In this document: one piece after another, positions 1-9,507 of the stretch
Numbering within the stretch: the first letter of the stretch is position 1
Layout: every line of letters starts with the position of its first letter
NCBI GenBank assembly: GCA_964545915.1
Contig: CAZJHQ010000013.1
Span: forward strand, 1,572 to 65,571
Length of the DNA: 64,000 bases
Reading direction: 5' to 3'
Source of the DNA: an uncultured Candidatus Kuenenia sp.
GTDB taxonomy: Bacteria; Planctomycetota; Planctomycetia; Pirellulales; UBA1268
The notes under the pieces: model-generated
The model's database searches: none
The model's input: only the letters and a program-made list of their open reading frames with translations
What the model was told of the DNA's origin: nothing
Translations under genes and position numbers: made by a program

Positions 1-109
1 TTCGCCCACCATGCACGAGCGGCGCCGCACCACGGCCGAACGACGCTGGTGACTGATATCCTTCGCGACGCGGAGTCGACTGCCGGCCAGCCGGACGCGA
101 ACCGGTTGT

Positions 110-541
110 TCAGCCCACGATCTCGGTGAACTCACCGGCGTTGTCAGCGAACGTCTTCACCGGCACGTCGAACCGATGGAGCAGCGTCAAAATCAGGTCG
201 CCGAGCGGCCGCTCGGCCGGCTGCCGCAGGAAGCGGTCGTACTTCGCCCAGTTGGCGATGTCATCATGCGACAGCGCGTGGTGGCCTTTCCCCAGGCCGA
301 GGATGATCGGAAAACGCTCACAGACGCCGACGCCGTCCTCGGCGCTGATCTGGTAGGGCGCCACCCGCGTCGTGTCCGTTTCGAACGCCAGCACGATGAG
401 GTCGAACATCGTGCGGATGAAATCCGCCGGGCCATCGGGCGACACCTCGAGGTTGAGGCGGTCGGCGTCGACCTTGGGCAGCGGCTTGTCGATCCACGCT
501 TCGGCCCGCGTGAGACGGCTCTCCACCTCCGCACGACGCAT
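110..541 (-). pseudogene. Remnant of a DUF1552-family protein (C-terminal part, internally deleted, frameshifted upstream)
   Basis: Motifs 'EVESRL..AEAWIDKPLP', 'MFDLIVLAFETDTTRV' and 'LLHRFDVPVKTFADNAGE' are typical of planctomycete DUF1552. The usual segment between KYDRFL and the terminal PL..L..TLL motif is missing, and there is no credible upstream frame. Confidence 0.55.
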
Positions 542-680
542 TGGATCTGCGGAACGCCAGGCCTTTGTCTTTCTGATCCGGTTGCGGGAAAAAACCGAAC
601 GGCCATGATCAGCACCGGCCGCCAGTTCCGGATCGAGACGGTCGATCCGCAGATCCGACTCCGCCGTGTGGCCGCTGGCG

Positions 681-1802
681 TCACGCCAGCTTTTCGAGCC
701 TCGTCACGCGACCGGTTTCCACCCACTCCGCAACGAAGATGTCGCCCGCCGGTGAGAAGCAGGCGTCGTGCGGATGCACGAACTGGCCGTCGAGCCACTT
801 GTCGGGTTGCTTCCGCAGGTCCTTGATCTCCGCCAAGCGCTCCGGCGCCCTCCCCAACCGGACCACCGGCTGGTTCTTGTCGTCGAGGATGGTCACGCAG
901 GCCTTCAGTTCAGGCACCAGCATCAAACCGCCGAGCGTGTCGATGTTGGCCGGCAGGCCGAAGCCCGAGATCGTCTCCTGATAGGTGCCGTCGAGGCCGA
1001 AGACCTGCAGCGTGTCGTGGGCCCGGTCGGTGATCACGATCGTCGGCTCTCGGCCCGGCCGCCGGTCGACCCACAGGCCGTGGGGCGTGTGAAACGTGCC
1101 CTTGCCGTCACCCGCGCCGCCAAAGCAGCTCACCCACTTCGCGTCCTTGTCGTAGCGGTGGATGCGGAACGACCCATAGCCGTCGGCGAGCAGAAAGCCG
1201 CCGTCGTCGAGGAAGGCGAAGTTCGTGGGCAGGAAGCCCTGGCGGCTCCAGTTCCGCGTCGTCGAGAGGTCCTCGCCGGGGGCGTAACCACCCGCCTCCA
1301 TCGGGGCCTTGCGAAACCAAACGATCTCGCCGTCGAGCGTGAGCTTGGCGAACGACTTCACCTGCTGGTAGCCGCAGACGTAGAGGAACTCGCCGGCGGC
1401 CTCCTTCCGCACCTCGATGCCGTGGCCGCCCCCCTGGAACTGGGCACCGAAGGCCCGTACGAACTTCCCCGCGGGATCGAACACGAAGATCGCGGGATGG
1501 TCTTTTTTCTCCTTGCGCCCCTCGTGGATGACGTACAGGTTGCCGGCGGCGTCGAGGGCCACGCCGTGCGTCGTCTGCCAGGTGAAGCGGTCGGGCAGCT
1601 GCGGGAAGTGGTGACGGACACGGTAGCGGTGCGCCCCCTCACCCACGATCGTCTCGGCCGCGAGTCGCCGGGAGCGGGCGACGGCCGGGGTGGTGGCGAT
1701 GGCGAGCGTGGTCGCGGCGGCGGCCGCAAAACCGCGACGCGAGAGACGGGGGAAAAGGCGGGCTGTGTCGGCCACGAAAACATCCGTTGGGATAAGGGGC
1801 AT
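681..1802 (-). CDS. NHL-repeat beta-propeller protein (PAL-like), probable Tat substrate
   Basis: NHL repeats (THGVALD, FLPTNFAF, FHTPHGLW, HPHDACF) and SRRGF twin-arginine motif. ATG at 1802 overlaps the upstream stop (TGATG). Confidence 0.8.
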   Translation of the reverse strand: MPLIPTDVFVADTARLFPRLSRRGFAAAAATTLAIATTPAVARSRRLAAETIVGEGAHRYRVRHHFPQLPDRFTWQTTHGVALDAAGNLYVIHEGRKEKKDHPAIFVFDPAGKFVRAFGAQFQGGGHGIEVRKEAAGEFLYVCGYQQVKSFAKLTLDGEIVWFRKAPMEAGGYAPGEDLSTTRNWSRQGFLPTNFAFLDDGGFLLADGYGSFRIHRYDKDAKWVSCFGGAGDGKGTFHTPHGLWVDRRPGREPTIVITDRAHDTLQVFGLDGTYQETISGFGLPANIDTLGGLMLVPELKACVTILDDKNQPVVRLGRAPERLAEIKDLRKQPDKWLDGQFVHPHDACFSPAGDIFVAEWVETGRVTRLEKLA

Positions 1803-2869
1803 CAGCTGGCCGCGGCCAGCCCGCGGACGTCGGCGAGGAGCGTGTCGATATCGGCGTCGGTCGTCGCCCAGGAGCACATGAAGCGGCAGCCGCCGGAGCC
1901 GATGAAGTCGTAAAACCGCCAGCCACGGGCCCGGAGGGCGGCCGCGAGCGACTCGGGCAGGCGGGCGAAGACGGCGTTGGCCTCGCGGCTGCCGAGAACC
2001 TCGACACCGGCGATCCCACGCAGCCCGGCCTCGAGCCGTGCCGCGGCCGCGTTGGCCCGCCGGGCATTGGCCAGCCAGGCGCCGTTCTCGAGGAGGCCGA
2101 CCCAGGGGGCCGTGAGATACCGCATCTTGGAAGCGAGCTGCCCAGCCTGCTTGCAGCGGTAGGCGAACTCCTCGGCGAGATCCTTGCGGAAGAACACGAC
2201 CGCATCGCCCACGCCCATGCCGTTCTTCGTACCACCCAGGCAGAGCACGTCGACGCCCGCCTCCCAGGTGAGCTGCCGTGGCGGCGCGTCGAGCGCCGCC
2301 ACGGCGTTGGCGAACCGGGCGCCGTCCATGTGCAGCCGCAGGCCGTGCCGCCGGCAGGCGTCGTGAATCCCCGCCAGTTCGTCGAGCGAGTAGACGGTGG
2401 AGAGTTCCGTAGCCTGCGTGACACTCACGACCCGGGGCTTGGGGTAGTGGATGTCCTGCCGCCGCTCGACCGCGTGCGTGATGCCCCCGGGCGTCAGCTT
2501 GCCGCGATCACCGGAGAGCAGCAGGAGCTTGGTGCCATTGGAGAAAAACTCCGGCGCCCCGCACTCGTCGGTCTCCACATGGGACAGCTCATGGCACAGG
2601 ATCGCGTGGTACGACTGGCACATGGCCGCGATCGCCAGGGAGTTGGCCGCCGTGCCGTTGAAGACGAAGAACACGTCGGCTGGATATTCGAAGAACTCAC
2701 GAATCAGGTCGCAGGCCCGGGTCGTCCACGGGTCGTTGCCGTAACTGGCGACACAGCCGGCGTTGGCCACCTCGAGCGCCCGCCAGGCCTCGGGGCAGAA
2801 ACCCGACGTGTTGTCGCTGGCGAATTGGCAGCCGGGGACGGCGGTCGCCGTCGTGGCCACGGGTGTCAT
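1802..2869 (-). CDS. ltaE: Low-specificity L-threonine aldolase
   Basis: FASDN, FVFNGTAAN, LHMDGARFANA and PLP-lysine GGTKNG motifs. Confidence 0.9.
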   Translation of the reverse strand: MTPVATTATAVPGCQFASDNTSGFCPEAWRALEVANAGCVASYGNDPWTTRACDLIREFFEYPADVFFVFNGTAANSLAIAAMCQSYHAILCHELSHVETDECGAPEFFSNGTKLLLLSGDRGKLTPGGITHAVERRQDIHYPKPRVVSVTQATELSTVYSLDELAGIHDACRRHGLRLHMDGARFANAVAALDAPPRQLTWEAGVDVLCLGGTKNGMGVGDAVVFFRKDLAEEFAYRCKQAGQLASKMRYLTAPWVGLLENGAWLANARRANAAAARLEAGLRGIAGVEVLGSREANAVFARLPESLAAALRARGWRFYDFIGSGGCRFMCSWATTDADIDTLLADVRGLAAAS

Positions 2870-3046
2870 GGGGCAGTCCTCGGTACGCATGCCATCACGA
2901 TACCCGGTTTGGGCGGCGAGCGGGTTTCCGAGAGCCGCAGATTCGGCCGCGGCCTCACCTGCTCGACAGTTGACGGCAACGAATGCGTGTCATACAACCG
3001 CCATCAGAACATTTGTACACATTTCACCCCCGCCCTGCCAGTCACC

Positions 3047-4183
3047 ATGCCCCCCTCCGCCTCCGCCGCACGGATCCGCGACCACGTCCGTCTCGCCTGC
3101 CTGCCAGGCGTGGGATCGCGCACCCGCCACGACCTGCTCGCCCACTTTGGTTCGCCGGAGGCCATCCTGGCCGCCTCTCCCCGCGAACTCGCCGCCGTGC
3201 CCGGCGTGGGCCGGAAGATCGCCAAGACCATTCCAAGCATGGCCGATACCGCGGCGGCCGACGCGGTGCTCGCCCTGTGCCGCGATCGCGGCGTGGAGAT
3301 GCTGGTGGAGGGCGGCGCCGGCTATCCGCCCCTGCTGGGCCGGATCTCCGACCCACCCGGGCTACTGTTCGCACGTGGGTCGATCGAGCCCTGCGACTCC
3401 CTGGCGATCGCCATCGTCGGCTCGCGTCATGCGACGGCCTACGGCCGCCGGGTCGCCTGGCAGCTCGCCGGCGGGCTCGCCCGGGCGGGATACACGATCG
3501 TCAGCGGCCTGGCGCGGGGCATCGACGCCGCCGCCCATCGCGGCGCGCTCGACGCGGGCGGCCGTACCCTCGCCGTGCTCGGCAGCGGCGTGCTCAACAT
3601 CTATCCGCCGGAACACGCCGATCTCGCGGTCGAAGTGATGGCCCACGGCGCCCTGCTGGGCGAGGCTCCGCCGCTGGCGTTCCCCCAGCCGGGCTGCTTT
3701 CCCCAGCGCAATCGGATCGTGTCGGGCCTGTCCTTGGGGGTGATCGTCGTCGAGGCCGCGGAGCGATCCGGCGCCCTGATCACCGCGCGGCTGGCCGGGG
3801 AACAGGGCCGGGAAGTGTTTGCCGTGCCCGGGCCAATCGACGCGCGGCTGTCTCGAGGCTGCCACCAACTGATCAGGGACGGCGCCCGGCTCGTGCAGGG
3901 CATCGACGACGTGCTCGACGAACTCGGCCCCCTGTGCGAAGCGACGCAGGCGGCCGACGGCCGCCGGGTGCACGCGCCGGCCGAACTGCGGCTCGACGAC
4001 GTCGAGCGGCAGGTGCTCGCCGCGTTCGACGGCGAAGCGGACGGGGCGACCCGCGCGGCGGCGATCGACGACGTGGTCGCGGCCAGCGGCTTGGCCACGT
4101 CGCAGGTTCTGGCAACGCTCGGCGTGCTGGAGATGCGTCGCATCCTGCGGCGGCTGCCGGGCAACCGTGTCGAGCGGATGTGA
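3047..4183 (+). CDS. dprA: DNA-processing protein DprA
   Basis: IAIVGSR, IVSGLARGIDAAAH, FPQRNRIVSGLS, SGALITA and C-terminal winged helix. Confidence 0.95.
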   Translation: MPPSASAARIRDHVRLACLPGVGSRTRHDLLAHFGSPEAILAASPRELAAVPGVGRKIAKTIPSMADTAAADAVLALCRDRGVEMLVEGGAGYPPLLGRISDPPGLLFARGSIEPCDSLAIAIVGSRHATAYGRRVAWQLAGGLARAGYTIVSGLARGIDAAAHRGALDAGGRTLAVLGSGVLNIYPPEHADLAVEVMAHGALLGEAPPLAFPQPGCFPQRNRIVSGLSLGVIVVEAAERSGALITARLAGEQGREVFAVPGPIDARLSRGCHQLIRDGARLVQGIDDVLDELGPLCEATQAADGRRVHAPAELRLDDVERQVLAAFDGEADGATRAAAIDDVVAASGLATSQVLATLGVLEMRRILRRLPGNRVERM

Positions 4184-4294
4184 CGGCGGACCAGCGTGTG
4201 TCTCCCGGGCGGGTTGGGATGTCAGACGCGGCTCACGATGGGCGTGTGGGTGCTCGGCTTCTCCATTCCGACGGCGGCGCGTACAATCCGCCGC

Positions 4295-5420
4295 ATGGAC
4301 ACAGCACTCTTCCACCGCGCCGAAGCGATCCGGGCCCGCCTGCTCCAGCTGCGGGACTCCCTTTGACTGGGAGGGACGCAAGCAATCCGCCGCGCGGCTC
4401 GAAGGCGCCATGGGCGAGGCCGACTTCTGGAGCAATTCAGAGAAGGCCCAGGCCACGGTCGCGGAGCTGAAGACGGTCAACACGGTGCTCAAGCCGCTCG
4501 ATGAAGCGCTCGCCGTGGGCCGAGATCTCGAGGCGCTCGAGGAACTGGCCCGCGAGGACGAGTCGCTTGAAGGGGAGTTGGCGGCCGAGGCAGATCGCCT
4601 GACGAGGCTGGTCGACGCCCTGGAACTCGCCTCGCTCCTTTCCGGGCCGCACGACGCCAGCGACGCCCTGGTTTCGATCCATGCCCGTGACGGCGGCACC
4701 GACGCCAATGACTGGGCCGAGATGCTCCTGCGGATGTACTCGGCCTGGGCTTCGAAGCACGACTACACGGTGGAGCTGCTCGACCGTCAGGACGATGCCG
4801 TCGCCGGCATCCAGAGCGCCACCGTGGCGATCAAGGGGCCGTGGGCCTACGGCTATCTCAAGGGCGAGACCGGCATCCACCGGCTGGTGCGGATCAGCCC
4901 CTTCAACTCCGAAGGCAAGCGGCAGACGAGCTTCGCGGCGGTGGACGTGGCCCCGGAGATCGCGGATGACGACACCGAGGTGGAGATCAAGGACGAGGAC
5001 ATCCGCGAGGACGTGTTCCGGGCCAGCGGCGCCGGCGGCCAGCACGTCAACAAGACCTCCAGCGCCATCCGCCTCACCCACTTCCCCACCGGCATCGTCG
5101 TGCAATGCCAGAGCGAGCGCAGCCAGCACAAGAACCGGGCCACGGCGATCAAGATGCTGCGGGCCCGCATCGCCAGGCTTCAGGAAGAGAAGCGGGAGGC
5201 CGAGCAGCTCGCCCGCTACAAGCAACAGCCGAAAACCGGCTTCGGATCGCAGATTCGCAACTACTTCCTGCACCCCGACCAGCGGGTCAAGGATCAGCGA
5301 ACGGGCCACTACGTCGGCAATTTCCAAAGCGTGCTCGACGGCAACCTGGACGGCTTCTTCGACGCCTACCTGCGGTGGAAGGCCTCCGGGTCGGCCCCTG
5401 AGGCCGGCGGCGACGAATGA
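4295..5420 (+). CDS. prfB: Peptide chain release factor 2 (programmed +1 frameshift)
   Basis: ATG 4295 is in frame with CTT-TGA at 4361-4366. The +1 frame continues into RF2 with SPF and GGQ motifs (RISPFNSEGKRQTSF, GAGGQHVN). Confidence 0.95.
4351..4367 (+). promoter_or_regulatory. RF2 autoregulatory +1 frameshift site CTTTGAC
   Basis: gcgggactcc-CTT-TGA-C at codon 23, the canonical prfB slippery site with an upstream GGGA SD-like element. Confidence 0.9.
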
Positions 5421-5469
5421 TCCGCCGCTGGACGGCCGTTGGGGCCGGGGATACGATCATGGGTCCCAT

Positions 5470-5593
5470 CTGTCCGTGGAAAAAGCCCTCCAGGGCCTTT
5501 TTTCACATTGGCCGAGCGGTGGAAAAGCCAAGGTTTTCCACGCTCGGCTGGCGCCGCATCCTGCGGCGGCAGACGTGTGCCACAGTCTGCTAG
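5470..5593. repeat. MITE/REP-like palindromic element, copy 1 of 3
   Basis: Shares GTGGAAAAAGCC..GGCCTTTTT and CGCATCCTGC..GGCAGAC..CCACAG with 24397-24520 and 48957-49111. Confidence 0.75.
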
Positions 5594-5620
5594 CGCCCGA
5601 GTAGAACCGTAAGGATCCCC

Positions 5621-5842
5621 ATGGCGGAAAAAGAACAGGCCCTCGAAGTGGAAGGGGTCGTCACTCAGGCCCTCGCCAACACGCGGTTCCGCGTGCAGAT
5701 CACGGGCGGCCACATCGTCAACGCCCACGTCGCCGGTCGGATGCGAAAGAACTTCATTCGCATCGTGCCGGGCGACAAAGTGAAGGTCGAACTCTCCCCC
5801 TACGACCTCACCAAGGGCCGAATCACGTTCCGCGAGCGGTGA
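5621..5842 (+). CDS. infA: Translation initiation factor IF-1
   Basis: 73 aa with [24 protein letters not shown] and [13 protein letters not shown]. Confidence 0.97.
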   Translation: MAEKEQALEVEGVVTQALANTRFRVQITGGHIVNAHVAGRMRKNFIRIVPGDKVKVELSPYDLTKGRITFRER

Positions 5843-5850
5843 TTGCTGGC

Positions 5851-5927
5851 TTCACGGCTGCACGGCCATCCATGGCCCGTGCAGCCTTGGCCCGCCGTGG
5901 TCGCAGCCAAGGTGCGACCAGCCGGGC
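5851..5927. repeat. REP-like hairpin (GCCATCCATGGC family), copy 1
   Basis: About 77 bp, near-identical to 12139-12215, directly after the infA stop. Confidence 0.8.
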
Positions 5928-5989
5928 GTTGGCTCGCCCTCCTGGCGAGCCTCGCCGTAAGCGCGGCCCTTTGGGCCTGGCACTCACAC

Positions 5990-6015
5990 AAAAAGCCCCC
6001 GGCGGAAGCCGGGGG
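5990..6015 (-). terminator. Intrinsic terminator (minus strand)
   Basis: 8-bp GC stem CCCCCGGC/GCCGGGGG with a 4-nt loop, followed by TTTTT on the minus strand. Confidence 0.7.
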
Positions 6016-6200
6016 ACTCCGGGTGGCATGCCTTCCCGCGTGCCATGCGGTGCAGGTTCGAGCCGGGGAATCACGTGCCGTCGTGCGGGGTGAATGACGG
6101 GGTGGTCTTCAAGCCCGGAGTCCCCGGGCTCCCGCCCGGGGCTTCTCGGGCCGGTGACGGGACCGATCCCTTGTTCACGGGTCGGCAAAACACGATTCGC
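5990..6200 (-). ncRNA. Candidate structured small RNA (possibly 6S-like)
   Basis: Minus-strand TTGACA (6228-6233) and TGGAAT (6207-6212) with a short 15-nt spacer, internal hairpins, a terminator and no credible ORF. Short motifs recall 6S RNA (CCGAGAAGCC, CGACGGCAC, TCGAACC). Confidence 0.4.
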
Positions 6201-6266
6201 AGCCGGATTCCAGCAGCGACGATGCTCTGTCAAGCCACTCAGCGCACCATCCATAGGCGCACGCTC

Positions 6267-6337
6267 AGGGAATACGCGCCGCCTCACCGGAAACATGGCC
6301 GCATTCCCTCGGCTCACGCCTCGGGCTTCAAGGGCAC
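6267..6337. repeat. REP-like repeat family B (AGGGAAT..CCGGAAACATGGCCGCATTCCCTCGGCTCACGCCTCGGGCTTCAAGG)
   Basis: The same core occurs at about 12380-12450, 12774-12820 and 13149-13195. Confidence 0.8.
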
Positions 6338-6489
6338 AGGAGCGGAACTCCGGAGCAACGACGACGCCCTCTCCTGGAGCCGCGGCTTCCGACCTTCAAA
6401 TCCGGCATGTGGCTCCACCATCCGCATTCGCAAGCCTGGAGGCGTGCGCCACTGTAGCGGCGGTCTCCGACCATCGGTTTTGGCAGCCG

Positions 6490-9063
6490 CTATGCCGACT
6501 CTTCGGGCGGCGACGCATCGCTCGGCGGCTCGGTCGCATCCTTCGACTCGAAGAACTGCTTCAGGTCGCCGAAGGTCCGCAGCGGCTCCTTGCCCGTCTT
6601 CATGGCCTTCGTGAGCGGCTTCGGGGGACCGCTCGGGCCGCTGGCCACGTACGTCCGCGGTCCCTGCTCCCGTGCCGGGCGCGACCGCTGCTGGCCGCGG
6701 CCCCCAGCCGGCCGGGGTGGCCGCGGCGGTCGCTCGCCCCCCTGTCCGCCGCCCGCCGGCGCGGGCCGCTGTTCATGAGCCGCCGCGTCTTTGGGTTCCT
6801 GTCCGCCGCGAGCCTTGCGCGACTCCTGGCGTTCCTTGGCCTGCCGCTGCCGTTCCCGTTCAGCCGGGGCGATCATCGTCAGCGCCACCCGGCGCCGAGC
6901 CTTGTCGAGTTCCAGCACCCAGACCGGCACGATCTGGCCGACGCTCACGACATCGTGCGGATCCCGGACGAAGCGGCTCGACAACTGGCTGATGTGCACC
7001 AGACCGCTGTCGTGCAGACCGATATCGACGAAGGCGCCGAAGTCGACGACGTTGAGCACGGCCCCGAGCAGCTCCATGCCGACTTCGAGATCCTCGAGCT
7101 TCAACACGCCCTTCTTGAAGAACGGCTTCGGAAGATCGTCGCGCGGGTCACGGCCGGGCCGCTTGAGCTGCTCCACGATGTCGGCCAGCAGCAGCCGGCC
7201 CACCCCGAGCTCGTCGGCCAGGGCCACGAGGTCCAGGGCTGCGGCCCGCTCGGCGATCGCCTCGGCCTGCTGGCGGTTGGCCAGGTCGGCGGGGCCGCCG
7301 CCGATCCGCTCCAGCACCCGCTGGGCGACCGCGTAGCTCTCGGGGTGGATCCAGGTCGCGTCGAGCGGGTTGGCGCCCGCGGCAATCTTGAGAAACCCGA
7401 CCGCCTGCACGAACGCCGCCTCACCGAAGCCCGGCACCTCCAGAAACTGCTGCCGCGACGTGAACGGACCGTTCTTCGTCCGCCATTCGTGGATGTTCCG
7501 CGCCGTCGCCTGATTCAATCCCGACACGTACCGGAGCAGGGCCGGGCTGGCGGTGTTCGCGTCGACGCCGACGTAGTTCACGCAGCTCTCGACCACCTGG
7601 TCGAGCGAGGCGTGCAGATGCCGGGCCTTGACGTCGTGCTGGTAGAGGCCGACGCCGATGTTGGCCGGCTCGATCTTCACCAGTTCCGACAGCGGATCCT
7701 GCAGCCGGCGGCCGATCGAGATCGCACCGCGAACGGCAGCCTCGTGCTGGGGCAGCTCCTCGCGGCCGAAGGCGCTCGTCGAGTAGACGCTCGCCCCCGC
7801 CTCGTTGACGATCACATAGGCGACGTCGAGCGCCCGGAGCTCCCCCGCCACGAGTTCGGCCACGAGCGATTCGGTCTCGCGGCCGGCCGTGCCGTTGCCG
7901 ATGGCAATCACCGTGCAGGCATGGGCGTTGACCAGTTCCACGATCCGGCGGGCGGCCGCGGCCCGTTTCTCCGGCTTGCCGATGATGTGGAGCACGGCGT
8001 GCTCCAGCGGCGTGCCGCACTCATCGAGGGCGACCGCCTTGCAGCCGCTCTTGAATCCGGGATCGAGCGCCAGCACGCGGCGGCCGGTCACGGGGGACTG
8101 GAGGAGCAGGTTGCGCAGGTTGCGGGCGAAGACCTCGACGGCATGGGCCTCGCAAAACTCGGTCATTTCCCTGCGGATCTCGCGTTCCAGGCTCGGCAGC
8201 ACCAGTCTGGCGAGCGAGTCGCGGCAGCAGTTGCGCAGGAAATCGGCGTGCGGATGACCCGCGGGCACGAGCAGTTCCTCCGCGGCGGCCTGCAGCTCTT
8301 CCTGTGGGCCCTCCACGCGGACCTTGAGCAGTTTCGCCCGCTCGCCGCGGTTGATCGCCAGGACGCGGTGCGGCGGCACCCGCTGGATGTGCTCCGCATA
8401 GTCGAAATAGTCGCGGTAGTGCTTCTCGTCCTTGGTGAGGGCCTTGCCCGTGGTTTCCACGCGCTGGCTCTTGAGCTGCGCCGTGCGGTGCAGGATCGCC
8501 CGCAACCGCTGCCGCAGATCCGCCCGTGCGCTGAACTCCTCCGCGATGATGTGGCCGACACCGAGCAAGACATCGGCGATGGCGGGAACCTGGGCGTCGG
8601 CATCGACGAAGTCGGCCGCCCGCGCATCCAGAGCGCCGACCGCCGGATCCCCGCCGACGATCTCGCGGGCCAGCGGTCCGAGCTTGCGCTGCCGGGCCAC
8701 CTCCGCCAGGGAGAGCTTCCGCGGCTTGAACGGCAGGTAGAGGTCCTCCAGCTGCTTCGGGCTCTCGGCCGCGGCGATCGCCGTCTCCAGTTCGGGGGTC
8801 AGCCGCCCCTGGCCCTGCACCGTCCGCAGGATGGTCTGCTTGCGATCGGCCAGTTGCCGCGCCTTGCCGAGAGCCGCGGCGATCCGCCGCACGTCCTCCT
8901 CGTCGAGGCCGCCGGTCTGGTCCCGGCGATACCGCGTGATGAACGGGATCGTGTTGCCGGCGTCCAACAGGAGCGCCGTCGCCTCCACCCGCGCGACGGG
9001 CATGCCGAGGCGGTGGGCGATCCGCCCCAGGTCGATGACCGCAGTGATCGCTGTCGATCCCAT
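6490..9063 (-). CDS. tex: Tex/YhgF RNA-binding transcriptional accessory protein
   Basis: GNTIPFITRYR, LALDPGFKSGCK (YqgF-like), IGVGLYQHD, HhH and S1 domain (NVVDFGAFVDIG). Confidence 0.93.
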   Translation of the reverse strand: MGSTAITAVIDLGRIAHRLGMPVARVEATALLLDAGNTIPFITRYRRDQTGGLDEEDVRRIAAALGKARQLADRKQTILRTVQGQGRLTPELETAIAAAESPKQLEDLYLPFKPRKLSLAEVARQRKLGPLAREIVGGDPAVGALDARAADFVDADAQVPAIADVLLGVGHIIAEEFSARADLRQRLRAILHRTAQLKSQRVETTGKALTKDEKHYRDYFDYAEHIQRVPPHRVLAINRGERAKLLKVRVEGPQEELQAAAEELLVPAGHPHADFLRNCCRDSLARLVLPSLEREIRREMTEFCEAHAVEVFARNLRNLLLQSPVTGRRVLALDPGFKSGCKAVALDECGTPLEHAVLHIIGKPEKRAAAARRIVELVNAHACTVIAIGNGTAGRETESLVAELVAGELRALDVAYVIVNEAGASVYSTSAFGREELPQHEAAVRGAISIGRRLQDPLSELVKIEPANIGVGLYQHDVKARHLHASLDQVVESCVNYVGVDANTASPALLRYVSGLNQATARNIHEWRTKNGPFTSRQQFLEVPGFGEAAFVQAVGFLKIAAGANPLDATWIHPESYAVAQRVLERIGGGPADLANRQQAEAIAERAAALDLVALADELGVGRLLLADIVEQLKRPGRDPRDDLPKPFFKKGVLKLEDLEVGMELLGAVLNVVDFGAFVDIGLHDSGLVHISQLSSRFVRDPHDVVSVGQIVPVWVLELDKARRRVALTMIAPAERERQRQAKERQESRKARGGQEPKDAAAHEQRPAPAGGGQGGERPPRPPRPAGGRGQQRSRPAREQGPRTYVASGPSGPPKPLTKAMKTGKEPLRTFGDLKQFFESKDATEPPSDASPPEESA

Positions 9064-9507
9064 CCGTCTCGCGAGCCGGCGGCCATGAACCCCGCCACCG
9101 ATCCGCGCAGTTCTCCTCCGCAATCCCCCGTCCGCGCGACTGTGCGGGCAAACGGCGGGATCTGGATCATTTCCATGAATCTAGGGGGATGCGTGAACGG
9201 GTGTCAAACGCCCGCCTCGGGACGTCGGCCGGCCCATCGGCGCCCAGCTTGCCTCGCTTCTCCCGTTCCGCATGGCGCAAGCCGCGCGCCTGGCCTTGAC
9301 TCCCCTGCGCCAAGTCGCCTATTTCCCGCCCTTCGTGCCCGCGGCCGGCTCGCCGGCGGCGGGCACGCGGATCCCGTCCCAACCGCCACATTCCCCTCCA
9401 GCGGATCGGTCGATCATGACGATCACGAAACCCGAAGGATGACCCGCCGGACGCGCGATGATCGCGCCGCCCGCACGGCAGCAGCGCCCCCTGGAGTTCC
9501 AGCCACG

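Noticed and set aside
5990-6200. Cobalamin riboswitch, SRP RNA or tmRNA identity for the sRNA candidate
   Set aside because: Diagnostic motifs are absent: no B12 box, no CAGG..GGAAGCAG SRP loop and no tRNA-like ends.
9296-9325. TTGACT-N18-TATTTC promoter upstream of the aminotransferase
   Set aside because: The -10 match is weak and there is no supporting evidence, so it was not called.
6094-9507. 1565-aa + strand ORF
   Set aside because: It is the antisense shadow of tex read through into the aminotransferase. Only 9508-10791 has protein motifs; long shadow ORFs are expected at this GC content.
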